64,000 nt of DNA from Albugo candida (Eukaryota): assembly GCA_040437565.1 (NCBI GenBank), contig JBDOQK010000062.1:124001-188000 (forward strand), given 5' to 3'. Below the pieces are notes generated by a model. That model ran no database searches. It was not told where the DNA came from and saw only the letters and a program-made list of their open reading frames with translations. Below, piece by piece: positions 10,459 through 21,247 of the stretch. The position numbers were made by a program, and so were the translations under genes. Position 1 is the stretch's first letter; the number at the start of each line of letters is the position of its first letter.

Positions 10459-11919
10459 ATGGCGAAAAAAAGAAGTGCTTTCTTTACGTTGGAAGATATC
10501 AAAATTGCATTCAGTTTATTTTGCTGCGTGCTTGGAATTGGAACGCTCGGTATGCCCAGTGATTTTTCACGAGCAGGACCGACTCTTGGATTCAGCGCAC
10601 TGATTTTTATGACGTATGCGAATATCTACGCTTCAGTGGCGTGCTCAAAAGTGATGTTGTTGGCGCCTTCGTGGGTCAAGACATTTAGTGATCTCGGGGA
10701 ATGGTCTATGGGAAAAGCTGGACGGTATGCAGTGTTGGTCTCACAAATGTCCGTTTGTATCCTCACTCCATGCGTCTTTCTGGTCCTGGGTGGGAATTTA
10801 TTACAATCACTATTTCCCGAGACATTCTCGCAATCGATCTGGATCATTTTCATGGCGCTTTCCATCTTACCGTTATGCTTAACGCCGACTTTGAAGGAGA
10901 GTGCCGGAGCCACTTTGGCTGGGTGTGCGGGCACCCTTGTAGCAGATAGTATTGCGGTTGTCTTGTTAGTGACTGGCATGTCGGGACATCCTCCTGTTCC
11001 GAAACCTGACTTGAATTTCGAGCAGGTCGCTGGAGCCTTTGGAAATTTATGTCTCGCATTTGGCGCGGGGATCATCATTCCTTCCTTACAAAATGAACAC
11101 TCGGAACCAACTCGAATGCCGCGACTTGTATTTTGTACAATGGCGCTCATTTCCTGTCTTTTTATGGCATTGGCTTTTGCGGGCTATTCGGCCGTCGGAT
11201 GTCAGATTTCTGGCAACTTGTTATTTTCTATTTTTCCGGATTCGAGCGGGCTAACGGCACTCGGTTTCCGCCCAAACAAAGGCGCAGCAGTAGTCGCATT
11301 CATGTTCATGCAGATGCATGTCTCAATCGCGTTTTTCGTATTCTTACATCCGGCCTTCTTTTGTTTTGAAAGACTTGTGCTGGGTATGCATAAGCAAAAG
11401 GGCAATCCAAACAGTACGCGATACAATGATTTAGATACACCGTCACGAATGGCAGAACGTAGTAATTCCAAGCGAGGATCCAGCAAGTACTCATTAGTGA
11501 TCGTCGTCGGTGATGAGAATGAAGAAGAACTGGTGAGCGAGTATCGTCGTCCTGACGTCATTGTAAAGTATGTGGCGCTTCGAATGACAATTATTTCAAT
11601 TCTGGTCGTAGTCGCCATCGTCTGTCGGTCTCACTTGAATGCATTTATGGATTTCATAGGCGCATCGTGTCAGTCCATCTGTTGTATCGTTTTGCCGATT
11701 TCGTTCTACTTGAAGAAAATGTGGCCTCATGTTCCCTTATATGAGAAAATACCGGCAATTATAACAATTATAGCTTGCAGTGTTTTGGCCTGCTACGTCA
11801 CATACACAAGTGGTCGCGATATGCTATTTCCGGCTCAGAATATGCCTCCATTCCCGTTTTGTGCTCCCGAATTCGAGTCCAAGTTGTATTACAACGTGTC
11901 GGCAATTGTAAATGAATAA
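10459..11919 (+). CDS. Amino acid/auxin permease (AAAP) family transporter, paralogue of 3087..4538
   Basis: TLEDIKIAFSLFCCVLGIGTLGMP. Colinear with the 3087 protein along its length (GYSAVGCQISGNLLFSIFPD is shared). Confidence 0.9.
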   Translation: MAKKRSAFFTLEDIKIAFSLFCCVLGIGTLGMPSDFSRAGPTLGFSALIFMTYANIYASVACSKVMLLAPSWVKTFSDLGEWSMGKAGRYAVLVSQMSVCILTPCVFLVLGGNLLQSLFPETFSQSIWIIFMALSILPLCLTPTLKESAGATLAGCAGTLVADSIAVVLLVTGMSGHPPVPKPDLNFEQVAGAFGNLCLAFGAGIIIPSLQNEHSEPTRMPRLVFCTMALISCLFMALAFAGYSAVGCQISGNLLFSIFPDSSGLTALGFRPNKGAAVVAFMFMQMHVSIAFFVFLHPAFFCFERLVLGMHKQKGNPNSTRYNDLDTPSRMAERSNSKRGSSKYSLVIVVGDENEEELVSEYRRPDVIVKYVALRMTIISILVVVAIVCRSHLNAFMDFIGASCQSICCIVLPISFYLKKMWPHVPLYEKIPAIITIIACSVLACYVTYTSGRDMLFPAQNMPPFPFCAPEFESKLYYNVSAIVNE

Positions 11920-12134
11920 TACAAAAAAGCTCTTTTCCATACGCATTTGCGAGTTCGAGCTGTCCTGTTGAGTCAGACCAGACGCATATTTATAAACTCG
12001 GGTTTTCTCTCCCCCAAACAAGCTACTCAGTAGACTTATTCCAGTATGATTGCTCAATGTCGTGGTACAGATGTCCTAGGGATGTTTATCCCGTTCGGCT
12101 TGTTGGAGGCTTGCGAGAAGGATAACCGAGTGTG

Positions 12135-13274
12135 ATGCAATCAGTCGGCATGACAGGCCCTCGACCAAAGTGGAGCATTTTCATCTTGATGAGATGGACA
12201 CGACTATGGCTCCTTATGTGCTCTTTATGTCAAAAAGCCCTTCCAACTATCGCGATGGATAATGTCTGTCATCAGCTCTCGTATTGTATGATCGGGTCGT
12301 TGACCAAGGTCTGTGTAAGGAACCCCGGTAGCCAATGTCCACCTTGTTTGTACAAGTCAAAGCTCACATCCGAGTATTATTGCTACAATTTACGAGAAGG
12401 TCTTTGTCCTTATCCACACCCGGACGTAATCTGCATCAATGTGCATCAACCTGTCGTCGCTGCCGGAGCCAACCATGTAGACGTATCATCACAGAATAAG
12501 TCGCAAGTTGGGTCCAATACGTCAAATGCCAAGTACGATGACTCGAAGGATCATCCCACATCGATCTTAAAAGATAGCATGGAAACAGCTCCAAAGGTGA
12601 ACAAGACTGGCGCGCAGCTGAGCACCATAACTATCATAATAATGAGTGTCTTGATCACTTTTATGGTGGTTTTATGTGGGTGTTACGCTTTGCAATTTGT
12701 GAGAAGACGGAGAGAAGATCGGGCAGTAATGCCTCCTTTTGCATACGTCCGAAGCTCTACGGTGTTATCGATCGAAGACGGTAGCAATAGTACGCATCAC
12801 ATGAGCAAGCAGACTGGAAGTCAGAAGCTTGGCGGTATGGACGGCTACACAGCGTATCAAAGCTCGGACAATACGACAGCAAGCTTCCAGTCAGACGGGA
12901 ACATAGCTGGGATGTTTGCATCAAAGCTCGAGCAAAGTCGAAATAATCATGAAGGGATTCTCAGTAATAAAGTGTCGAGTATGAGTCCGACGGAAGCCTC
13001 GATGTTTTATTGTGATGTCAGCGAGGAGGAAGGGGACGTTGTACATGCTCGGAATTCGGACACACCGATGATAGAACTTGATTTGGCTTTTATGGAAGAG
13101 AATTGCGATTACGATATTGTGGATCCAGAAACATTTTATAGCTCTCAGATACGAACGTCTGAGGCGATCGTAGAGGCTGGTCGATATAGTGCGTACTCTC
13201 AAGTGAGCAGCACCGCTTCTGCAGCGTTCAATTTCCCATGCAGCTTGGAATCAAATATTCTTGAAGTCGATTAA
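12135..13274 (+). CDS. Type I membrane protein with small Cys-rich ectodomain
   Basis: Possible signal peptide from MRWTRLWLLM.., an 8-Cys domain (CHQLSYC..CVRNPGSQCPPC..C..CP..C), a Ser/Thr stalk, TM ITIIIMSVLITFMVVLCGCYALQFV followed by RRRR, and an acidic Ser/Tyr-rich tail. Confidence 0.65.
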   Translation: MQSVGMTGPRPKWSIFILMRWTRLWLLMCSLCQKALPTIAMDNVCHQLSYCMIGSLTKVCVRNPGSQCPPCLYKSKLTSEYYCYNLREGLCPYPHPDVICINVHQPVVAAGANHVDVSSQNKSQVGSNTSNAKYDDSKDHPTSILKDSMETAPKVNKTGAQLSTITIIIMSVLITFMVVLCGCYALQFVRRRREDRAVMPPFAYVRSSTVLSIEDGSNSTHHMSKQTGSQKLGGMDGYTAYQSSDNTTASFQSDGNIAGMFASKLEQSRNNHEGILSNKVSSMSPTEASMFYCDVSEEEGDVVHARNSDTPMIELDLAFMEENCDYDIVDPETFYSSQIRTSEAIVEAGRYSAYSQVSSTASAAFNFPCSLESNILEVD

Positions 13275-13950
13275 TACACGGCTGAGTGTGTGATAGATTG
13301 ATTCTGTGAGTCAACAGAGACTGCCGTTGTAAGGCGAGGACTTATATAAAATACTGTTGTTATTTCGCTTGTGCTTTTGCTCCCCATACTGCTCATCGAG
13401 TAGAATTGACTGCAGTAATTCGTACTCCATCGTCTGCATCATGGACAATCTTCCAATGTCGAGGCATCTACACGTGAAGATAGATCCGAGGTATATAAGG
13501 ATGGAAGTGAAGTAATCTTCTGTAGCAGTGTATGGAGCAAGAAGACGTCAAGTTGGCTGGTCGAAGCGTCGGATCTCCCTCAGCCGATGAGGAGGGATCC
13601 GAATGCTTCGTAGCAGAGCCATGTTTGTGTCAATCCCTGCGGGATTGGGTATCTTGCTTTGATAAATGAATCAGAGTGACTATACAACATAGACTGCCAG
13701 CGTCGTCAACAGATTGGTAATTTTTAGGTGAGGATATGGTGCGTGAGGCCATGAAGGATTGATTGTTTGGATGGAAGACGAGTACACAATGTCTCTCAGT
13801 GTAATTGATGTGACGAGCATAGAGATGTCCTGCTAATTTCAAATGGATTACCAAACACCATTTGAATATACTTGGACAGCCACAGTCATAGCTTCAATTT
13901 TCTTCTATCGTGGCTGAGCATGCCTTGTAGAACAAGATGAGTGCTTGTTA

Positions 13951-14546
13951 TCCTTTTCATAGGAAATATGATCTGCGTGTGAGCAATTCCTTGGCCGATG
14001 AGGAAGATTTGATGATGTACGAGTCAATCTCCTTCGTCATGAAAATCCGCTCACTTGTTTACATGCAATTCAGAGTTTCTGTGGGATTTCCGAGTTCTTC
14101 AGGTGAGTCATACCAGTCTCAATGCTGTATCATATTTTTCTTAGTGTCATCACAAGTGCCATAATTACATGCATCTGCTCTGTATTATATAGCAATCGNN
14201 NNNNNNNNNNNNNNNNNNNNNNNNNNNNNNNNNNNNNNNNNNNNNNNNNNNNNNNNNNNNNNNNNNNNNNNNNNNNNNNNNNNNNNNNNNNNNNNNNNTC
14301 CTTTTCATAGGAAATATGATCTGCGTGTGAGCAATTCCTTGGCCGATGAGGAAGATTTGATGATGTACGAGTCAATCTCCTTCGTCATGAAAATCCGCTC
14401 ACTTGTTTACATGCAATTCAGAGTTTCTGTGGGATTTCCGAGTTCTTCAGGTGAGTCATACCAGTCTCAATGCTGTATCCTATTTTTCTTAGTGTCATCA
14501 CAAGTGCCATAATTACATGCATCTGCTCTGTATTATATAGCAATCG
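13951..14546. repeat. Direct duplication across 100-N gap (assembly overlap)
   Basis: 13951-14198 repeats at 14299-14546 with one mismatch (TGTATCATAT vs TGTATCCTAT). Confidence 0.9.
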
Positions 14547-15207
14547 TTTCATACTTCGAACAGCTGCTCTCACTCTGTGATTTGCATGTGCCTGGAATGC
14601 ATTCATAAAGCTTCAAATCAAAAACATACTCAGAGCCATCACACATTCTTATAAAGAAGTTGCAACTATTACAAAGAGACACTCGGTGAACTGCCCATTT
14701 TCCTACTGCTTTCTATATGGTTCAGTTTCCCTTCGTATAAACATTATTCATATGACACCAATATCGCCGCCAAATGTTGCGGCCTTCAATACGGCGACTG
14801 AATCCTCACGCAAGCCTTTCACTATGCTGAAAAGTACCCGCAAAACACTATACGATGTTTGCAATCGAATCCACATCAGAAACAGAAACAGAAACATGCG
14901 TCAAGCCCGCGCATGAAGATCTTTACTTGTATAAGTTTATTTATTTCGAAATACGTAGATACTGCATAATATCATTNNNNNNNNNNNNNNNNNNNNNNNN
15001 NNNNNNNNNNNNNNNNNNNNNNNNNNNNNNNNNNNNNNNNNNNNNNNNNNNNNNNNNNNNNNNNNNNNNNNNNNNNGCATAATATCATTATATAAAAAGC
15101 AAGAGAAATCAAAGAATGCAAAAAGGAAATGGACGACTTTATGAACTGCAACAATGCTTTTGCTTCATAAAGCAGACCGCCACTCATCCCAAAACGGCAA
15201 TACTCCG

Positions 15208-18200
15208 TCATTTCTCTTCAAATTGCGTCAAGTCGAGCGTCAGCGATTTTGAACGCTGCGTTGCTATATCTTTGCAAATGCCAACCAGTGAGTCAGCTTT
15301 CTCGTAAAAAAGATCTTTGAGTGAGATGACAATACATTGTACACCACAATTGGCAATGAAATTCGACACTTTGTTGACATTCACATTGTCCAAAGCTGCG
15401 TCGACCTCATCGAGGATGAAAAATGGCGACGGACGATATGTGTGGATAGCGAAAAGCAAAGCCAATGCTGCGACTGTTTTCTCACCACCAGACAGTTGCT
15501 CCATTTCTCTGAATCGTTTCATCGGCGGCATTGCATGGTACTTGATGCCATTCAAGTACGGTTCTTCGGTGTTTTCAAGACTCAAATACGCGGTACCACC
15601 CAGCAAATGCTTGGAACTTTTTGTCAGTTGCTTGTAAGTCTCGTCAATCACATTTGACACATGATTGAATGCCTCCATAAATCGATCGTATCGAACCGAT
15701 TTTATCTCTTCAAACTTTGTTGTAGCCTCATGACACTGCTGTTTGATTCGTTCTAGCTCGGTCTCTTCTTTGGCTATACGTGCGAGTATTTCTTCGTATT
15801 TGTCCAAGGCCCGCATGTTTGGCTGCATTCGCTCAAGCTCCGACTGCAATTCGGTTATTTGTTCTTCAAATTTGGCATTCGCTTTGTTGTACGCCTCGGT
15901 TTTGTCGATCAGCACACTCTTGTCCTTGACTGAGGCAAAGTCGATATTGAGACCGATGTGTGCGTTTTCACCAAGGCCCAACTCACTGGCTTCAGCTTCA
16001 GCGCTATCGCTTAACGTGGCTCGATCTTGCTCTTCGCCGTTCACTGGTAAGCTCACTTGATCCAAATTCGAACGTCGTAGGATCTCGCGTTGTTGCTCAT
16101 ACAAGTATTCTAATCGTGTTTCTTCATTGGTAAGTCGTTTGGCTATTTCACTCTTTTTCTTCTCAACGTCCGACTTCTCTTCCGCTTTCGATTGCAATTC
16201 ACTTTCAAGATCATCCACTTTTTTCGTCAAAGCTTTAAGCGCCTTTTCTTGTTCTTTTTTCTCATTCTCCACATCACAAAGTGAGTTTTCAAGCTCGGTT
16301 TCCTCACGCGTAAGCTTCTCGAGCATTTCCTTTCCATGTTTGATTTTCTCGTTGATTTGCTGCAAGGACTCATCATACTTTTGTGATCTCAAGTAGGCAA
16401 TCTAATGCATCAGGAAATATTAACAGCAGCCGTTGTGAAAGAGAACGAAAATACTTACTTGTGCTTCGATTTTGGCGATATGCTCTGTAAGCTTCCGTTT
16501 TGTTTCCAACTTTTGCTGATGCTGTTTGACATTGTTCTCTTCATAAACTCGGATACTTGGTATTCCTAGTCGTTTACTGAAATCCGCAAACATAGCGTCC
16601 TCGATAGTATGAATTTCTTCCTCCATTGCGTCGATTTGTCCTTGTCGTTCAGCAGTTGCCTTCTCGTACTTTTCAATCTCTGGCTTCAGTATCGTTTCAT
16701 TTCTGGTCTGAGCGTCCGATAGTCGAGAGACAATACTCGGTTTCTTCGCTTCTGTCGTAATTAATTCAGCTTTTGCGTATCGGATCCGATTCTGTAGTTC
16801 TTCCAATTCCACTCGTAGCGTCAAAACAGTCGAATAAGACGAGCCGTGACTATTGAGAGCATGCAAGGCGTCATAAATCTCATTTTTGCGAGTTTGTAAC
16901 TCTTCAATCTCTTTTTCATCCCATCTTCCAGCACGAGATAAATCGCGCTGTGTACGACCTCCAGTCATACTTCCATTTTTATTGACCACCATACCATTCA
17001 GTGTGACTGCTTTCACTTTTTCACCCTTCACAAAGCACAAAGCTCGTGCGGATTCAATTGTATCGCATACAACAGTATCCGCGACTGCATACAAAAGCGC
17101 GGGCTCAAATTCGGGCTCGTACTCAATTGTGTCCAAAACTAGCTTGGTATTGTTCCCGAGAGTTCGAAATCGCTCGTTGATAGGTTTCACGCGAATTTTG
17201 TCCAAAGGAATGAACGATGCAGTGCCAAGACGAGATTCTCGAAGATACTTGATACAGTCTTGACCCGTTTTGTAATCATTCACTACGAGTGCATCGAGGT
17301 GTCTGCCGATTGCGACTGTGAGAGCCATATTGTACTTGCGCTGCACGGGTTTGCAGAGATCAGCAAGGCGACCTCGAACTCCAGGATAGAGACGCTGAAG
17401 TGTTTCGATAGTTTCATTTTTACGGGAATCTGCTTGATATTGACGTTTCTCATCTCTCAATAATTGCAGCTTTTGATTCACGTTATCGTAGTCCTTTTCC
17501 AATTGTTCACGCCGCTTTGCCTCATTCCGTATCTACTCAAAAAAAATTGAGCAATTGAAAGACGACGTGGAAACAGATATAAAGCACCTCATTCTCTGCT
17601 TGTCGGATCTTTTTCTCGATGTCATTGATTGCCCGATTTATCTCGGCTATGTCCTCTTTGAGCTAAACACTCAGAGACGGTCAATGCCATACATAGAGGT
17701 GACATTCGACGTACGTGATTGATCTTTGAATCAACATCCTTGAGATCTTCCGTTAAAACCGACACAACATTGTCATTGTCACTGCATTCTTGGATGAGAA
17801 GTTCTTTTTTCTGCTCGTCCGCGGATAATTGACGTTTGATCGATTCCCATTTACTTCGTAAGATATTGGTTCGCACTTGTACAGCTTCTCGTATCCGATG
17901 ATACTCATCCAATTGTTTTCCTTCCATGACAACATTTTCCTTGTCGGATCCGCTTTGCCTACTCAACTGCTGCTCGAAATCGTTCTGAGCTTCTTTTAGC
18001 TCATCCAGGTCTCGTTGCAGGTTTGAAATCTCTTCCTCCTTTTTGACTGCTTTCGCTTTTGTTTTACTTTGATTCTGACGAGCTTCCTCAAGCTGCTTGA
18101 CGCAAAATGATCTTTTCTGTTCAAGTTGGATCACCTTTGGCTGTAATTTTTCCACTTTTTTCCGCAAAGATCGAAGAGTTTCACGCGTTTTATTCACTTC

Positions 18201-19170
18201 TCTCAATCTATTCGAATGCGCCTTTTTCTTGTCTTTATACTCACTTAGCATTGCTTCCTCTTTTGTACTGAACGCAGCCAAGTCTTCTTCAATACTTTTC
18301 GATTCCGTTTTATGTGTCTCGATTTTTTTCGAAACCTGGAACAATTGCCACAAGTAATGCTCAACTTTGATATCGTTCTACGTATGGAAAAAGTAGTGTC
18401 GATCTCTTCCCCACTCAATCCATTCAGACATACCAGTTGTCCTTGCTTCGCTTCATACTCCTTTGCTTCTTCCCTTTGCTCTTTAACCAGCCGTTTTTCA
18501 GCCACTAGACCTTTCTTCTTTTGATACGCAAAGATCGTATTTTCCTCAGCGAGTACTTTTGCTACCATCAGCTCATCATATTGTTTTCTACAATTGAATT
18601 CAGCTTTTGAATAGAGACAATATAGCGAGCGTACCTTTTCTCATCTGAAAATGAAATCTGCTCAAACACTTTTGAAAGTTCTTCCGGTTTTTTCGACGCG
18701 ATAGCTTCGACATCTCCCTGAAACACTAAAAAGTTGCGCGCCTTTACGAGAACTCCAATGGACTTCAATTCATTTTGATACGTATCCCACGACACTTCTT
18801 CAGCATTGTAATGATAGCTGGAAACTCCTTTAGAAGAAATTCGACGACCAAAGAGTATCTCGTTCGATTTGGCGGGTGGAAGGTCATTTTCAGTCGAATA
18901 GACCAATGTCACGTGTGCTCCTTTTTTCAGCTCATTCGGATTTGTGTCTGTGGTATTCGGAGACGGAGATTTATGGATAAGGTCTTTTAATTGAGTTGAT
19001 CGCAAATGTCGACTATTTACTCCCAATACGAAACTTATGGCGTCCATCAAATTTGATTTTCCTGAGCCGTTCGGTCCAATCACCGCTGTGAAACGAGAAA
19101 ATGGACCAATAACATGTTTACCACCATACGACTTGAAATCTTCCAATTCCAAGCGAGTTATATGACCCAT
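15208..19170 (-). CDS. SMC1: Cohesin subunit SMC1, multi-exon
   Basis: N-terminal FKSY..IGPFSRFTAVIGPNGSGKSNLMDAISFVLG and KARNFLVFQGDVE; hinge region PGVRGRLADLCKP; C-terminal PPMKRFREMEQLSGGEKTVAALALLFAIH..PFFILDEVDAALDNVN. Confidence 0.97.
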
Positions 19171-19698
19171 CGAGTCTTCCAGATATGATTGATTCTTATA
19201 TAAGTAACAAGTGAGATTTCTTTTTTGCGCAATATTGCTTTTAGGAATTGGTGATTTCTACCACTGAAAATGCGTATTTTTTATAATATCTACGTATTTG
19301 GCCAATTAGAAGGTGCAAAGGATGGAAGCCTATCCGATCTGATGCATCCGTGAACGTGCTCGAGACTACCTACTGGCTAAGAGGCTATGAAAGAGGATCT
19401 GCTGCTGCGTGCATCCTGAGAGGGTACATGGTATCGATAAGGATGCTCCTGATAGAAGCAAAGTCAATTCGTAGAAGAGAATCGAATAAAAATACGTGTG
19501 CTCCAGCGTTACTGTACCAATGTATCATAAAGCAGAATTCTGTACTCTGACATGCAGAGTATATCACTCTCATCAGCACATATCTTTCACACACTCTGTT
19601 GTCCGTCTTTTCCTTCGTAGCACAGTTTTCACAACGACGATCTGTATCAACCCCTCTTTAACAGAAGAGAAACCCCGCATTTTCTTCTCGCTCTTTGA

Positions 19699-20714
19699 AG
19701 CGATTCTTCGGCTGGATTTCTGGCTCACATCTTATCTTAGCTTGTATTACCCTACCTTGGATTTTGACGATGATTTACCGATCTTTGGAGTGATAACTCA
19801 GCAGCCTCGCACCTTATCAGTTGGCAACATGTATCTGATCTTGGCGTCCGTCTATTGTGATACCGCCTCCGCGTAGCTCCTAGGATAATTCGAGATCCTG
19901 TACAACCACACCCACCACCGAGCTGTTCCTTGTAGCGTAAACGCTTTTTCCGTAGATTTTTTGATTCCCCGAGCTCCCCCCCACTCATCAAGACTTTTCC
20001 GACTGTAGCAGAATGAACTCGACACAGGTAATAGTTGCACACGCATTTGCTGAATGTCTGCAAATAGGTCTATAAAGTATTTAATTATTTACGAGCAGCG
20101 GTAGATTCAAATTAATTCTGACGAAAGGAGAGGATTCTATCGATCATCGAAAGGAGNNNNNNNNNNNNNNNNNNNNNNNNNNNNNNNNNNNNNNNNNNNN
20201 NNNNNNNNNNNNNNNNNNNNNNNNNNNNNNNNNNNNNNNNNNNNNNNNNNNNNNNNAGCGATTCTTCGGCTGGATTTCTGGCTCACATCTTATCTTAGCT
20301 TGTATTACCCTACCTTGGATTTTGACGATGATTTACCGATCTTTGGAGTGATAACTCAGCAGCCTCGCACCTTATCAGTTGGCAACATGTATCTGATCTT
20401 GGCGTCCGTCTATTGTGATACCGCCTCCGCGTAGCTCCTAGGATAATTCGAGATCCTGTACAACCACACCCACCACCGAGCTGTTCCTTGTAGCGTAAAC
20501 GCTTTTTCCGTAGATTTTTTGATTCCCCGAGCTCCCCCCCACTCATCAAGACTTTTCCGACTGTAGCAGAATGAACTCGACACAGGTAATAGTTGCACAC
20601 GCATTTGCTGAATGTCTGCAAATAGGTCTATAAAGTATTTAATTATTTACGAGCAGCGGTAGATTCAAATTAATTCTGACGAAAGGAGAGGATTCTATCG
20701 ATCATCGAAAGGAG
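19699..20714. repeat. Direct duplication across 100-N gap (assembly overlap, 458 bp)
   Basis: 19699-20156 is repeated at 20257-20714. Confidence 0.9.
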
Positions 20715-21247
20715 TACGAAGCGGAATGTATCTCTTGTCGAAATATTGCGCATATATATAATCATTTCGAATTGTTCAATTTATCGTATCGCGCAATATC
20801 CTTAGTAGATATCTAGCTAAATCGACTTCATAAAAGTCGGCGATCGCATGGCGGCCCATTTATTTATGCTCACAAGTTCTTGCCTATAAATCATCTATAA
20901 GAAACATTGTGTCCTTAACTCACCAGACGATGGCAATCCTATCCTATAATATAAACGGCCTATTCTCTATCATTATACTATGCCCCTGACAGCCTTAAGA
21001 AATGTCCCACCTGCCCGAAATGCACAGCTTCTGCTCGTATTACTCTCGATAATACGGCATCAGAGCGCGATTCAAGGCCCACAATTCTATTTGATGTAAT
21101 GGTGGACCCATCAAAACCGTCCAATGTATAATAATTCGCATGACGTAGCGGTGATAGCTGCATATTTAAATCGTAGCAGTGAGAATGCATTTCGCTAATA
21201 TTTAAATATACTCTAAAAACTGCCGCACTGAATTTAGACTTGAATCA

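Noticed and set aside
12267-12290. CHQLSYC as an Albugo CHxC effector motif
   Set aside because: The spacing does not fit CHxC or CxxCxxxxxG, and the protein has a TM anchor.
19699-20714. Apparent tandem duplicated 103-aa ORFs (19752..20063 and 20310..20621)
   Set aside because: These are identical copies flanking a 100-N gap, so an assembly overlap. The ORFs start at TTG and show no motif.
20930-20989. MAILSYNINGL resembling a LINE endonuclease start
   Set aside because: It stops after 19 codons and no QET or other endonuclease motif follows.
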